NCBI GenBank assembly: GCA_947502835.1
Contig: CANNBJ010000005.1
Location: 40,429-104,428 of the forward strand
Direction of reading: 5' to 3'
DNA: 64,000 bases
Source of the DNA: Bdellovibrionales bacterium
Lineage (GTDB): Bacteria > Bdellovibrionota > UBA1018 > CAIMNF01
Each line of letters begins with the position of its first letter. Position 1 is the stretch's first letter. Positions 56,058-64,000 of this stretch are shown here, one piece after another. The notes beneath the pieces were generated by a model. The model saw only the letters and a list, made by a program, of their open reading frames with translations, was not told the DNA's origin and made no database searches. The position numbers and the translations under genes were made by a program.

Positions 56058-57782
56058 TTAAGGGCCTTGGTTCGCCTCGAGCAGGACCAAAGTCACATCA
56101 TCGGGAGGCGTGGAGCCGAAAAATTCCCGCGCCTGCTCCATCAGGTTTTCAAGAATTTGTTCGGGGGCTATTCCCGATTTTACCCACGAATCAATGAGAG
56201 GGAGGATTTCCTTCTTGTTCAAAGCCTTCTGGTCCGTCGGACGATGGTCAAAGAGACCATCACTGTAGAGCACCAATCTTGATCCCGAAGGGAAGGGCTT
56301 GGTAAAGATGGTGGCGATTTCGACATCCTCGGTTCCCATGGGGTGGGAGGGTGCGGATTTCAGGCTTTCGGGTTCGGCGGATGCTCCTTCCCAGAAGAAA
56401 GGCCTCGGGTGTGAATAGTTCTGATAGCTCATGACACCCGAATCAAGGTCGATGATTCCGATCATGCAACTGAACCATGTGGCTCCTTTTGCAGATTTTG
56501 TCACCGCGGAGTTGAGCGTGCTGCCGAGATGTTGGAGGGATTCCTCGGTCGAGCTCAAGTGAATCGAGTGCGATTCGACACTTTCCATCAATGCAGTGAA
56601 GGCTCCGAATACCGATGCGGTAATCAAGGCGGCGGGAACTCCGTGGCCTGTGACATCACCGAAAACGAAATAAATCCGGCTTCCGATTTTCCGGAACTGC
56701 CAGAGATCGCCTCCGCACTCTGACGCGCTTTTGCTGACTCCCTTGATTTTGATCCTTTGGTCCTGAAAAGAGCCGCTTGGAAAGAACTGCTTTTGCACGA
56801 ATTCAGCAGCCTCCAACTCCTTCTCCATCCTTGCCTTGGTGGCTGTTTCGCTGATCAACATCTTGATCTTGCGACTCATATCAAGAAAGGTATTGGAGAG
56901 TACCGAGATCTCATCCCGGCTGGCTTGGGTTTCATCAAGGGTTATGTCGAGATTTCCCTTTGAAATTTCACGGGAAGCAAGAGTCAGGTCATCAATTCTC
57001 CGTGTAATCGCTTTCAGCAGAATGAGTGTGATCCCGAGGGCAAAGAACAGCAGGGCAAGGCCAAGAATAATCGATCTTTCAATCAAGGATCGTGCAGACT
57101 GGAATGCGACATCCTTTGAAACCATGCTCAAAACCAGAATATTCCCTCCTAGAATCGCGCGATACCCGAGGAGATAGGACCGTTGGTTGATGGTGATTTC
57201 CTGGGTGCCCTGTTCAAAACCGGGATTCACAGTGGCTGCAATCAGGTTGCAGGAGCCGTCTTTTTTGAAAGTTTCCCGTTCGATCCCGAATAAAACCCGC
57301 TTCTTGGTCGGGGAGGTAACACAGAGGTTGAAGTCCTGGGCGAGTTGTTCCTCATTCAGTTGCAAGCGGTTCGATGTGAAACTGAACACTCTCCCGTCCG
57401 AAAGGTGTAAAACCACATCGACGCCGCTCTGATCACTGGAGCGGATGAGATCAATGTATTGGGGTTCGGGGCTCGTTCTTTTCAGCTCCCGGGATTCGAT
57501 TCCAAACAGATTCTTAAGCGCGAGCAATTGAGTAGCGATATCCTGATTCCCGCCCTCTTCGGCTCGAACCGCAAGTCTTGATACCGGCTCAAGGAGCAAA
57601 TTGAGATTCTTTGCCACCGAATCGGCCTGTGAGGCAGCGTAATCAAAAATGTAGGAAGTCTTATCCCGAATGATGAGATTGCTCCCGAGAATGACCAGGG
57701 CTGATCCGCTGATCAGAAGGGCCATGAGGATCAAAATCGTGATCTTCGTTCGAATCGAAAGGTCGAATCGCATAAGGTGCAT
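56058..57782 (-). CDS. Membrane sensor with HAMP and SpoIIE/PP2C phosphatase domain
   Basis: Two TM helices with a periplasmic domain, HAMP (DEISVLSNTF), ECGGDLW, GDVTGHGVPAAL, YSDGL, PDDVTLV. Confidence 0.9.
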   Translation of the reverse strand: MHLMRFDLSIRTKITILILMALLISGSALVILGSNLIIRDKTSYIFDYAASQADSVAKNLNLLLEPVSRLAVRAEEGGNQDIATQLLALKNLFGIESRELKRTSPEPQYIDLIRSSDQSGVDVVLHLSDGRVFSFTSNRLQLNEEQLAQDFNLCVTSPTKKRVLFGIERETFKKDGSCNLIAATVNPGFEQGTQEITINQRSYLLGYRAILGGNILVLSMVSKDVAFQSARSLIERSIILGLALLFFALGITLILLKAITRRIDDLTLASREISKGNLDITLDETQASRDEISVLSNTFLDMSRKIKMLISETATKARMEKELEAAEFVQKQFFPSGSFQDQRIKIKGVSKSASECGGDLWQFRKIGSRIYFVFGDVTGHGVPAALITASVFGAFTALMESVESHSIHLSSTEESLQHLGSTLNSAVTKSAKGATWFSCMIGIIDLDSGVMSYQNYSHPRPFFWEGASAEPESLKSAPSHPMGTEDVEIATIFTKPFPSGSRLVLYSDGLFDHRPTDQKALNKKEILPLIDSWVKSGIAPEQILENLMEQAREFFGSTPPDDVTLVLLEANQGP

Positions 57783-57786
57783 CTTC

Positions 57787-57814
57787 GTATCGGTAAAGGC
57801 CTTTGAAATCTAAA
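57787..57814 (-). promoter_or_regulatory. Putative sigma28-type promoter of the PP2C gene
   Basis: Minus strand TTTAG-N15-ACCGATAC. Confidence 0.5.
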
Positions 57815-57858
57815 GTGAATCCCAAAAAGCCGGGGTCCTTGACCAAGGCGAGGCCGAT

Positions 57859-57886
57859 TAAAGCTCTGTCGCGATTCTGACGAAAA
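57859..57886 (+). promoter_or_regulatory. Putative sigma28-type promoter of the FecR-like gene
   Basis: TAAAG-N15-GACGAAAA before SD GGAGG and ATG 57902. Confidence 0.5.
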
Positions 57887-57901
57887 GGGAGACGGGAGGA
57901 A

Positions 57902-59713
57902 ATGTCCTTAAGTCAAATGATAAAGCCGGATGGATCGATCATCACGTCGAAGGAAGGCCTTTTGGGCATCCTGTGCCTTTTGTTGGGTGCAGGGTTCTCT
58001 TATGCGTTCTTCTTGAACGGATTTGCATCCTCTGAAACCCGGGCGCGAGTCAGATCGAGTATCGGAAGCCTCGAGAGTATGACTGGCGGGGTTCGATACC
58101 GGTACACAAGCTCGGCCCTTTGGCAGGACATTCCTTCAACCGCGAAAAAAGAGGTGGGGATTGGGGATGCGGTTTTCACCTCAAACAGCGCTTCTGCGAA
58201 AATCGGGATGGAGGATGGAATTGAAGTGCTCATTCAGCCTTCCTCCATGGTGGTTTTTTCCCCTCCGAAAAAGATCATGGGTTCGATCCCGGCTGAGAGG
58301 GCTGTCATTCAGGTGAAAAAGGGGCAAGTCAAACTGAGTGTAAAAGCCCTGGCAGCGACACCGATCCTCCTTGAACTGAATGGAAAGACCTATACGATTC
58401 CGAAGGATAGCCTTTCCTCGAGTGAGGGAAAATCCGTGGTGGTGTCCCTGAACGAGACCAATCAAAAGCCCATGATTACCCTTGAGTCCACGGATCCAGT
58501 CCGGGGCGCCCCATCCCCTGCGATCGAGATTCCCTTTGAAGAGGTCAAGGTTGAGGAAGTGAAAGTCGAGGAGGCCACGTCCGCGAAAGATCCATTGGAG
58601 TCTCAGGCCCGGATCGCAACCGTGCCTGCATCGAATCCGGTGGTGGAGCTTGAGAAAAATGCACCCATTCGATTTACCGCGACTGAAATCAAGAAGGTGG
58701 AAGTACCCCTTCCCCGCTCACCCAAAGCTGAAATTGAGGTGAGGCCAACGGTGGAGCCGCCACCTGATGTTGCGAAGGCCCCCGAGCCAGCTCCCATTCG
58801 AATCACGATGAGTGAGCTGAAGGACGTCAGTGTCGAGGCTGCGCCACGGATCTCAGAGGCCAAAGCAGAAGAGTTGATGCCAGTTCCCGAGCCCAAGCGG
58901 GCGCCATTGCCTGTGGCACGAAAAATCGCGTCAGAAGCACCTGCTGAATCCAAATCCGATCCCGGAACTGAGTCGAAGGTTGACCCGTCGCCTGCCCCGC
59001 CCAAAGTGGATTCAGCAATCCTGGGCGAAGAGGAGTCCAAGAGCCTGATTCAGGTAAATCTTGGTTCGTCCTTTTTGAAGTATGAGGGCAAGGACACCAC
59101 GAACGGCAGCACCGGAGTGCTCGGTTCAAGCTCTTCGATTCGATTGGGTATGGATTGGATTGCGAAGATCGGTGAAATGAGCCAAATCCGCCTTGGCATG
59201 AATCTGCAAAAGGTGGAGATCTCGGATTTGAGCTCATTCTCCTTGCAAGGAACCGCTCAGTCCCTGGTGAAACTTCATGCGGCGTATGAGACACGGATTC
59301 TAGACCAGTTCGACCTCGTCATCGAGGCAGGACAGAGGGACCATTTGCTCTATCGGGCAATTTCGGTTTCGTCGATCAAGATCGATAAGGCGCCCGCGCT
59401 CTATGGTGAGATTGGGATTCGATCCCGTGTGATTTCGAATTCCTACCTGAATGGAGATCTTCGCGGGGGATTCCGGATTCATGCTCCGATCAAAATTGAT
59501 TTCTACCAGTCCAGGATGGGTACCGGGTTCACTGGCGCGTTCACACTCTCTCAGGAACTGAAAGCCATGACTCTGTTTGCGGAGCCTTTTTATCAGAGGG
59601 ATGCAATTCCGTTTCAGTCTCTCGATTATACGGAGACAGAACTCGGCTTGGTCTTTGGAGTAAACTTCAGATTGGGCTCATTTCTCCCAAATCCACGAAA
59701 AGGGAGCCGGTAA
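57902..59713 (+). CDS. TM anchor, FecR-like domain, Pro/Glu-rich linker and C-terminal beta-barrel
   Basis: GGVRYR..SALWQ..GDAVFTSNSASAKI..IQPSSMVV..IQVKKGQV (FecR-like); low-complexity P/E/A/K linker; amphipathic strands ending ELGLVFGVNFRL. Confidence 0.7.
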   Translation: MSLSQMIKPDGSIITSKEGLLGILCLLLGAGFSYAFFLNGFASSETRARVRSSIGSLESMTGGVRYRYTSSALWQDIPSTAKKEVGIGDAVFTSNSASAKIGMEDGIEVLIQPSSMVVFSPPKKIMGSIPAERAVIQVKKGQVKLSVKALAATPILLELNGKTYTIPKDSLSSSEGKSVVVSLNETNQKPMITLESTDPVRGAPSPAIEIPFEEVKVEEVKVEEATSAKDPLESQARIATVPASNPVVELEKNAPIRFTATEIKKVEVPLPRSPKAEIEVRPTVEPPPDVAKAPEPAPIRITMSELKDVSVEAAPRISEAKAEELMPVPEPKRAPLPVARKIASEAPAESKSDPGTESKVDPSPAPPKVDSAILGEEESKSLIQVNLGSSFLKYEGKDTTNGSTGVLGSSSSIRLGMDWIAKIGEMSQIRLGMNLQKVEISDLSSFSLQGTAQSLVKLHAAYETRILDQFDLVIEAGQRDHLLYRAISVSSIKIDKAPALYGEIGIRSRVISNSYLNGDLRGGFRIHAPIKIDFYQSRMGTGFTGAFTLSQELKAMTLFAEPFYQRDAIPFQSLDYTETELGLVFGVNFRLGSFLPNPRKGSR

Positions 59714-59876
59714 GGCGAACCCAGGAGTTGACCTTCAAGGCGAGAGAATCAACACAGGAGCATCGATCCGACGAGTATTCACTCAGATGGCTCTCGTCCC
59801 AATTCAATGATTCTCAGTGGAACCCATGGGCTTTTGTGCTGGTACGGTGGTCATCATGGAAACAATTCAAGGAACC

Positions 59877-60350
59877 TCAGCATGGACTGGTGTCATCAGC
59901 CGAGCAATAGAGAAGCAACTCAACAGGAGTTCCTGCCTCGCCATTGATGATCGGGGTTACGAGATAGTAGGTACCGCTTCCGGGACCATGTGCGCCGCCA
60001 CAGAAATTGGTACCAGAATCCCTGAAGTCACTGACTTCACAGGTGGAGGGATCGATGCTTGGGGGAATGTAGGGAGTTGGACCTCGAGAATAGGCAATCG
60101 TGCAGTTGGTGAGAGTTCCCCCCGTAACACTCGGGACCCCCGAGGTGGCGTAAGTATAGCCGTTTGACATGTTATAGCTCACGAAATTGATGGAATTTGA
60201 AACATAGGTGACGGTAGCTGTTTGCGAGGAGTTTCCGTCATTCGAAGCCGAACCCTCACCTCCCTGATTCAACATTCCGCAAGAGCTCGTAAAGGGGCCC
60301 GCAGCCATAAGACAAAGTAAAATTAATTTTCTCGAATCAAGAATGCCCAT
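59877..60350 (-). CDS. Small Cys-rich lipoprotein
   Basis: Signal ending TSSC; Ser/Thr/Gly-rich with several Cys. Confidence 0.55.
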   Translation of the reverse strand: MGILDSRKLILLCLMAAGPFTSSCGMLNQGGEGSASNDGNSSQTATVTYVSNSINFVSYNMSNGYTYATSGVPSVTGGTLTNCTIAYSRGPTPYIPPSIDPSTCEVSDFRDSGTNFCGGAHGPGSGTYYLVTPIINGEAGTPVELLLYCSADDTSPC

Positions 60351-60544
60351 GGCTATAGAGTCGCATGAAATCGAAAATTAACAATGTGTCGTGCCTTACC
60401 CGGATTGTGTGGAAAGACAATTTGGCAATTCCTTCGGATACTTGAACAAGAGTCCGAGACCCGGCTTGGGTGAGGTTTGATCCGCACCGGGAATGCAACT
60501 CTTCATTTTTGACATGCCGCGAATACGGTGCTAAACCCCTTCGC

Positions 60545-61249
60545 ATGATCAAATTCACCAAATTCATTGTACTCTTGGCCCTGATTCAAACCCTTCCAGC
60601 CCGTGCTGAAGGACCAGCGACGGTGATCGCAGAAGAGGCGGAACTGGCGACTCTTCCCGGTGAGGAATCCACAAGTCTTGCGGGCTCGATCCGCGTAAAA
60701 GAAATCCGCGAGTACCTGAAAACAGCCGATGTCACCCGGACCTGCATGGATGAAATGGTGAAGCTTCGGGGGCGCATGATTCTGAAGCTCTCGCTTAAGC
60801 CGATTGAAGGCATCATCGAGTTTGCAGGGGGCGCCTACTTTGGATTTTTTGCAGGCGCGATGATCGCAGGAGGGCCCGCAAAGGGCTGGGATGCGCTGCT
60901 CGGTGGAGTGCTTGGAGCATTTGCGGGAATGGGTGGAGCAATCATCTACACCGGTGTCGACACCTCCGTCACCTCTGTGAAGCTTCATCGCTTGAATTTG
61001 ATTTTGAAGGCACTTGGCGAGCAGGCCATGGGTCGCGCGGGTTCAAAAACCGATGCTTTGTATGATTTTTATTCCCGTCGCTCCCCGACGGCTCCGATGT
61101 CAAAAGAAGCGTTTGTTTCAAGGCTGATTGAGGCGGATCGCAATGGATCGCTTTGTGATGGTTCGATGGTCCGTCAACGCATCTTTCGACGCGGTCTTCG
61201 TTCCCGCGTTGCGGGAGCCAAAGAATTTGTGAATGCGATTGTGCCTTGA
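60545..61249 (+). CDS. Secreted protein with glycine-zipper hydrophobic hairpin
   Basis: Signal MIKFTKFIVLLALIQTLPARA; GGAYFGFFAGAMIAGG..LLGGVLGAFAGMGG; TTGACA-N17-TAAACC upstream. Confidence 0.7.
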   Translation: MIKFTKFIVLLALIQTLPARAEGPATVIAEEAELATLPGEESTSLAGSIRVKEIREYLKTADVTRTCMDEMVKLRGRMILKLSLKPIEGIIEFAGGAYFGFFAGAMIAGGPAKGWDALLGGVLGAFAGMGGAIIYTGVDTSVTSVKLHRLNLILKALGEQAMGRAGSKTDALYDFYSRRSPTAPMSKEAFVSRLIEADRNGSLCDGSMVRQRIFRRGLRSRVAGAKEFVNAIVP

Positions 61250-61256
61250 AGTCTGA

Positions 61257-61676
61257 TTAGCCTTGGACTCTTCTCGCTAAAATCAGAATCAACTGAATCG
61301 ACCAAAGGATGGTCCTGATCCAGTTTGATCGGATCAAACGGTTGATCGAATATTCATTCTTCCCGTTCGCAAGGAGGGAGTGGGTGGGAGCGGATAAAAT
61401 TGCTGTTGCGGCAAGAATCAATCCGATCGAAATTGCATGGAAAATCCATTCGAAGTTTCGTTCGCCTTCGAGCACCACCATCGCAACGAAAAAAGGCTCG
61501 GCAATCATCGGGCCTACGAGGAATGAAATCCTGTCACAATGCCGTTTGTGAAACGCCTTGAAGTCCGAGTCCGCCACGAGCCTGAAGTTGGGATAAACCA
61601 GGACCTGCACAAGCCAGATCACGGCCGTCATCCAGATCACACAAAAATCATGAAGATCAATCCAAAGGGAATGCAT
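61257..61676 (-). CDS. Conserved small membrane protein
   Basis: Four TM helices; IWLVQVLVYP..FH..H, NWIRTILW motifs. Confidence 0.7.
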   Translation of the reverse strand: MHSLWIDLHDFCVIWMTAVIWLVQVLVYPNFRLVADSDFKAFHKRHCDRISFLVGPMIAEPFFVAMVVLEGERNFEWIFHAISIGLILAATAILSAPTHSLLANGKNEYSINRLIRSNWIRTILWSIQLILILARRVQG

Positions 61677-61704
61677 CGCTTGCCCTCCATGGTAGCATGC
61701 CTTT

Positions 61705-62397
61705 GTGAGTTGGACGATTGAACAGCGGTGGAGTCATGCGCTCTTTTTGAACTGGAAGGTTTCCGAGGCGGCCCTCCAGCATCAGGTGCCGTTTCCCCTT
61801 GATTTGCATGAGGGGCAGGCGGTGCTTTCGCTCGTTCCCTTTTTCATGGATCAAATCCGGTTTCGGGGGCTTCCGAGAGTCCCCGTTTTTTCGAGCCTCT
61901 GGGAGCTCAACCTACGGACGTACGTGAAAGTGAACGGAGTTCCTGGCATTTATTTTTTCACTCTGGAGACCCCCCATGGACTCGGGAATTTCATTGCAAG
62001 AACCTTCTTTGATCTTCCGTACCGGAAAGCACGGATCTCAGCAGATGTCGGGGAGAAGGACTATTCCCTGCGCGCAGAAGGCCGGCGTGCGGATCTTGTG
62101 CCCTATGATCTAAGCCTTGATCTTGAGATCGGGGCGACCGAAAGCACAGATCCGTTTCAGAAATGGATCACCGAGCGTTATCACTTGTTTTTGAAGAAAG
62201 GGGATATCACGATCCGGGGTGATGTTCACCATGAACCCTGGAAGACCCGATCGATCAAAGTCCACTCGCTTCAGGGTGGCATCTCGATCCTGCCGAAGCT
62301 TCCGGGGGCCCACGAATTGGCATCAAGTTTTGCTGGAGATCCTCTTAAGGTGAGATTTTCGCCTTTTGTCGTTCAGGAAGACCAGCGCTTGCGGTAA
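61705..62397 (+). CDS. DUF2071 / YqjF family protein
   Basis: QRWSHALFLNW, LSLVPF, ELNLRTYV, PGIYFF, WITERY, VHHEPW. Confidence 0.88.
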   Translation: MSWTIEQRWSHALFLNWKVSEAALQHQVPFPLDLHEGQAVLSLVPFFMDQIRFRGLPRVPVFSSLWELNLRTYVKVNGVPGIYFFTLETPHGLGNFIARTFFDLPYRKARISADVGEKDYSLRAEGRRADLVPYDLSLDLEIGATESTDPFQKWITERYHLFLKKGDITIRGDVHHEPWKTRSIKVHSLQGGISILPKLPGAHELASSFAGDPLKVRFSPFVVQEDQRLR

Positions 62398-63611
62398 GCA
62401 CCATCGCCGTCGTAATTTTCTGCCTGAAGATCCGGATTGAAGATCCGATCCCGCGGATCCGTTCCCACTCCGGCAAGGTACATCCAGTTCCCCTGGTTGG
62501 TCTCGACATCGAAATCACTCAGATTCTCCTCAAACCACGATGCTCCCCAGAGCCAAGGGAGCTTCATGATTCTCGCAAGGAAGCTTGCCACATTTTGCCG
62601 TCCACGATTGGACATCCATCCGGAGACTTTCAGTTCCCGCATGTTCGCATCGATGAAATCGTTCCCGGTTTCGCCCGCGCACCAGCGCTCGAATTGCTTC
62701 TGGTCCGGAGACGACTCACGTTCTTCATTTCGAAGCCCTTGGGCACTAAAGAGTCGGTCGCCCGAGCGAAGTGCTAGGAACTTGAAATAATCGCGCCATT
62801 CAAGCTCATAAAGAAGGGCCTCGGCCCCCTTGCTTGGGCCTATCTGATCCTGGAGTCTCAAGATTTCAGCATGAACTTGCCGCGCGGAAATGCAGCCTTG
62901 CGCAAGATAGGGCGAGAGTTTTGAGGAATCGTCCCGTGCAAGGAGTCCGTTTCGGGTCTCATGATAGTGCATTACCGCGCGCGATTCCCAAAAATAGTCC
63001 CGAAGGCGCAGGATTGCATTCCTCTCTCCGCCACGGAAACGGAAGCTGCGATCTTGCAGCTCGACAGGTGCGATTCCATTCGTTGAAATCTCCGGAAGTG
63101 AAAAACCGGAAATCGGTGGCACGATCTGTGTTTTTGCTGCTCTGATTTTCCTTTGGAAGGGCGAAAAAGTGGCAGGCAGTCCGTCCAAGGAAAATGGCAG
63201 ATCGGATTCAAGGTAGAGCGTTCCATGGTCGTAGAGGGTGATCTGTTTCTTCGGAAGGACGGAAGTGCACGAATCAAGCAACTTCTGATCCCTGGAATTG
63301 AATCTTCGGGAAGTGAGCAAGGCAAGATCGGGATTTGCGTGAAACACATTTCTGATGAATGACTCAACTTCTGTGCTTTCAAGTCTCAGCAAGGGAATCT
63401 CAAGGAGCTTAAGGGATGCTTCCAAATCATCCAGGCACTCCCGCTCAAAGCAGCCGGCAGGCGAGAGAGGATTTCTTGGTGAGAGCGCGAGCGCAATCCA
63501 GCGGCCACCCGACTCCAGTACGAGATTCATTCCCGCATGATCGTTCACGCGCAAATCTCGATGAAACCAGATGAGGCCTTTCGGGGGATTGTCTTTAAAA
63601 TCAATGCTCAC
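62373..63611 (-). CDS. DASH-family cryptochrome/photolyase
   Basis: WFHRDLRVND, GGE..A..RL..YFW, YHETRNGL, SSKLSPYLAQGCIS, MSNRGRQNVASFL, GNWMYLAGVGTDPRDRIFN. Probable GTG start at 63611. Confidence 0.9.
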   Translation of the reverse strand: MSIDFKDNPPKGLIWFHRDLRVNDHAGMNLVLESGGRWIALALSPRNPLSPAGCFERECLDDLEASLKLLEIPLLRLESTEVESFIRNVFHANPDLALLTSRRFNSRDQKLLDSCTSVLPKKQITLYDHGTLYLESDLPFSLDGLPATFSPFQRKIRAAKTQIVPPISGFSLPEISTNGIAPVELQDRSFRFRGGERNAILRLRDYFWESRAVMHYHETRNGLLARDDSSKLSPYLAQGCISARQVHAEILRLQDQIGPSKGAEALLYELEWRDYFKFLALRSGDRLFSAQGLRNEERESSPDQKQFERWCAGETGNDFIDANMRELKVSGWMSNRGRQNVASFLARIMKLPWLWGASWFEENLSDFDVETNQGNWMYLAGVGTDPRDRIFNPDLQAENYDGDGAYRKRWSS

Positions 63612-63711
63612 ATCCCTGATGTACTCCGGACCGTAAAAAAAGAAAACATCATCAGAGAACTTGCAACTTTCAGCATCTCGGGTGAAAGTTCGACTCCGGA
63701 GGTCGATTCCC

Positions 63712-64000
63712 ATGTCATTGCAGAAAAACGTGCTCGGGACTGTGCTGAGACCGTGTTCACGGGATCCACTCACCGGATTTTTCAGGAATGGCTGCTGCGA
63801 GACGGACGAGGAGGATGCGGGCGAACATACCGCTTGCGTTCGTCTCACCGAAGAGTTTTTGCTCTTTTCAAAGCGGGTCGGCAATGATCTTTCGACACCG
63901 AGGCCTGAGTATGATTTTCCGGGACTCCTGCCCGGACAGCAATGGTGTGTTTGCGCGGGAAGATGGGTTGAGGCCTATCGTGCGGGTGTCGTTGCACCGC
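63712..64000 (+). CDS. DUF2237 family protein (partial, runs off window)
   Basis: Manual translation MSLQKNVLGTVLRPCSRDPLTGFFRNGCCET..GNDLSTPRPE..FPGL.PG..WCVCAGRW. Confidence 0.88.
   Translation, partial: MSLQKNVLGTVLRPCSRDPLTGFFRNGCCETDEEDAGEHTACVRLTEEFLLFSKRVGNDLSTPRPEYDFPGLLPGQQWCVCAGRWVEAYRAGVVAP

Noticed and set aside
63612..63884. N-terminal 91-aa extension of the cryptochrome
   Set aside because: Overlaps the divergent DUF2237 gene; photolyase homology begins only near 63611.

Overview
Bacterial chromosomal window, inferred to come from a predatory Bdellovibrionota/Oligoflexia-like organism (basis: gene content, many Cys-rich secreted orphans, FecR/PP2C/RCC1 module; no search run). 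1-18 kb is housekeeping: TPR lipoprotein, 23S rRNA methyltransferase, bamE, lepA, pyrB-pyrC-carA, LPS-type glycosyltransferases, short RecQ-like helicase, meaB. 20.4-34.5 kb is the tRNA-Thr/Tyr/Gly/Thr-tuf-tRNA-Trp-secE-nusG-rplKAJL-rpoBC cluster followed by two tRNA-Val genes. From 34.5 kb the window is accessory. It holds a structured repeat region whose units begin with antisense copies of the tRNA-Val 3' end, and a 949-aa secreted protein with a C-terminal EndoU-like RNase domain and no adjacent immunity gene. It also holds an ORF6N remnant, several secreted glycine-hairpin proteins (one split by an in-frame TAA), and a module of a giant Ig/RCC1 lipoprotein, a HAMP-PP2C phosphatase and a FecR-linker-barrel protein under sigma28-like promoters. 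A DUF2071/cryptochrome-DASH/DUF2237 cluster ends the window. No integrase, transposase, CRISPR array or rRNA gene was recognised.
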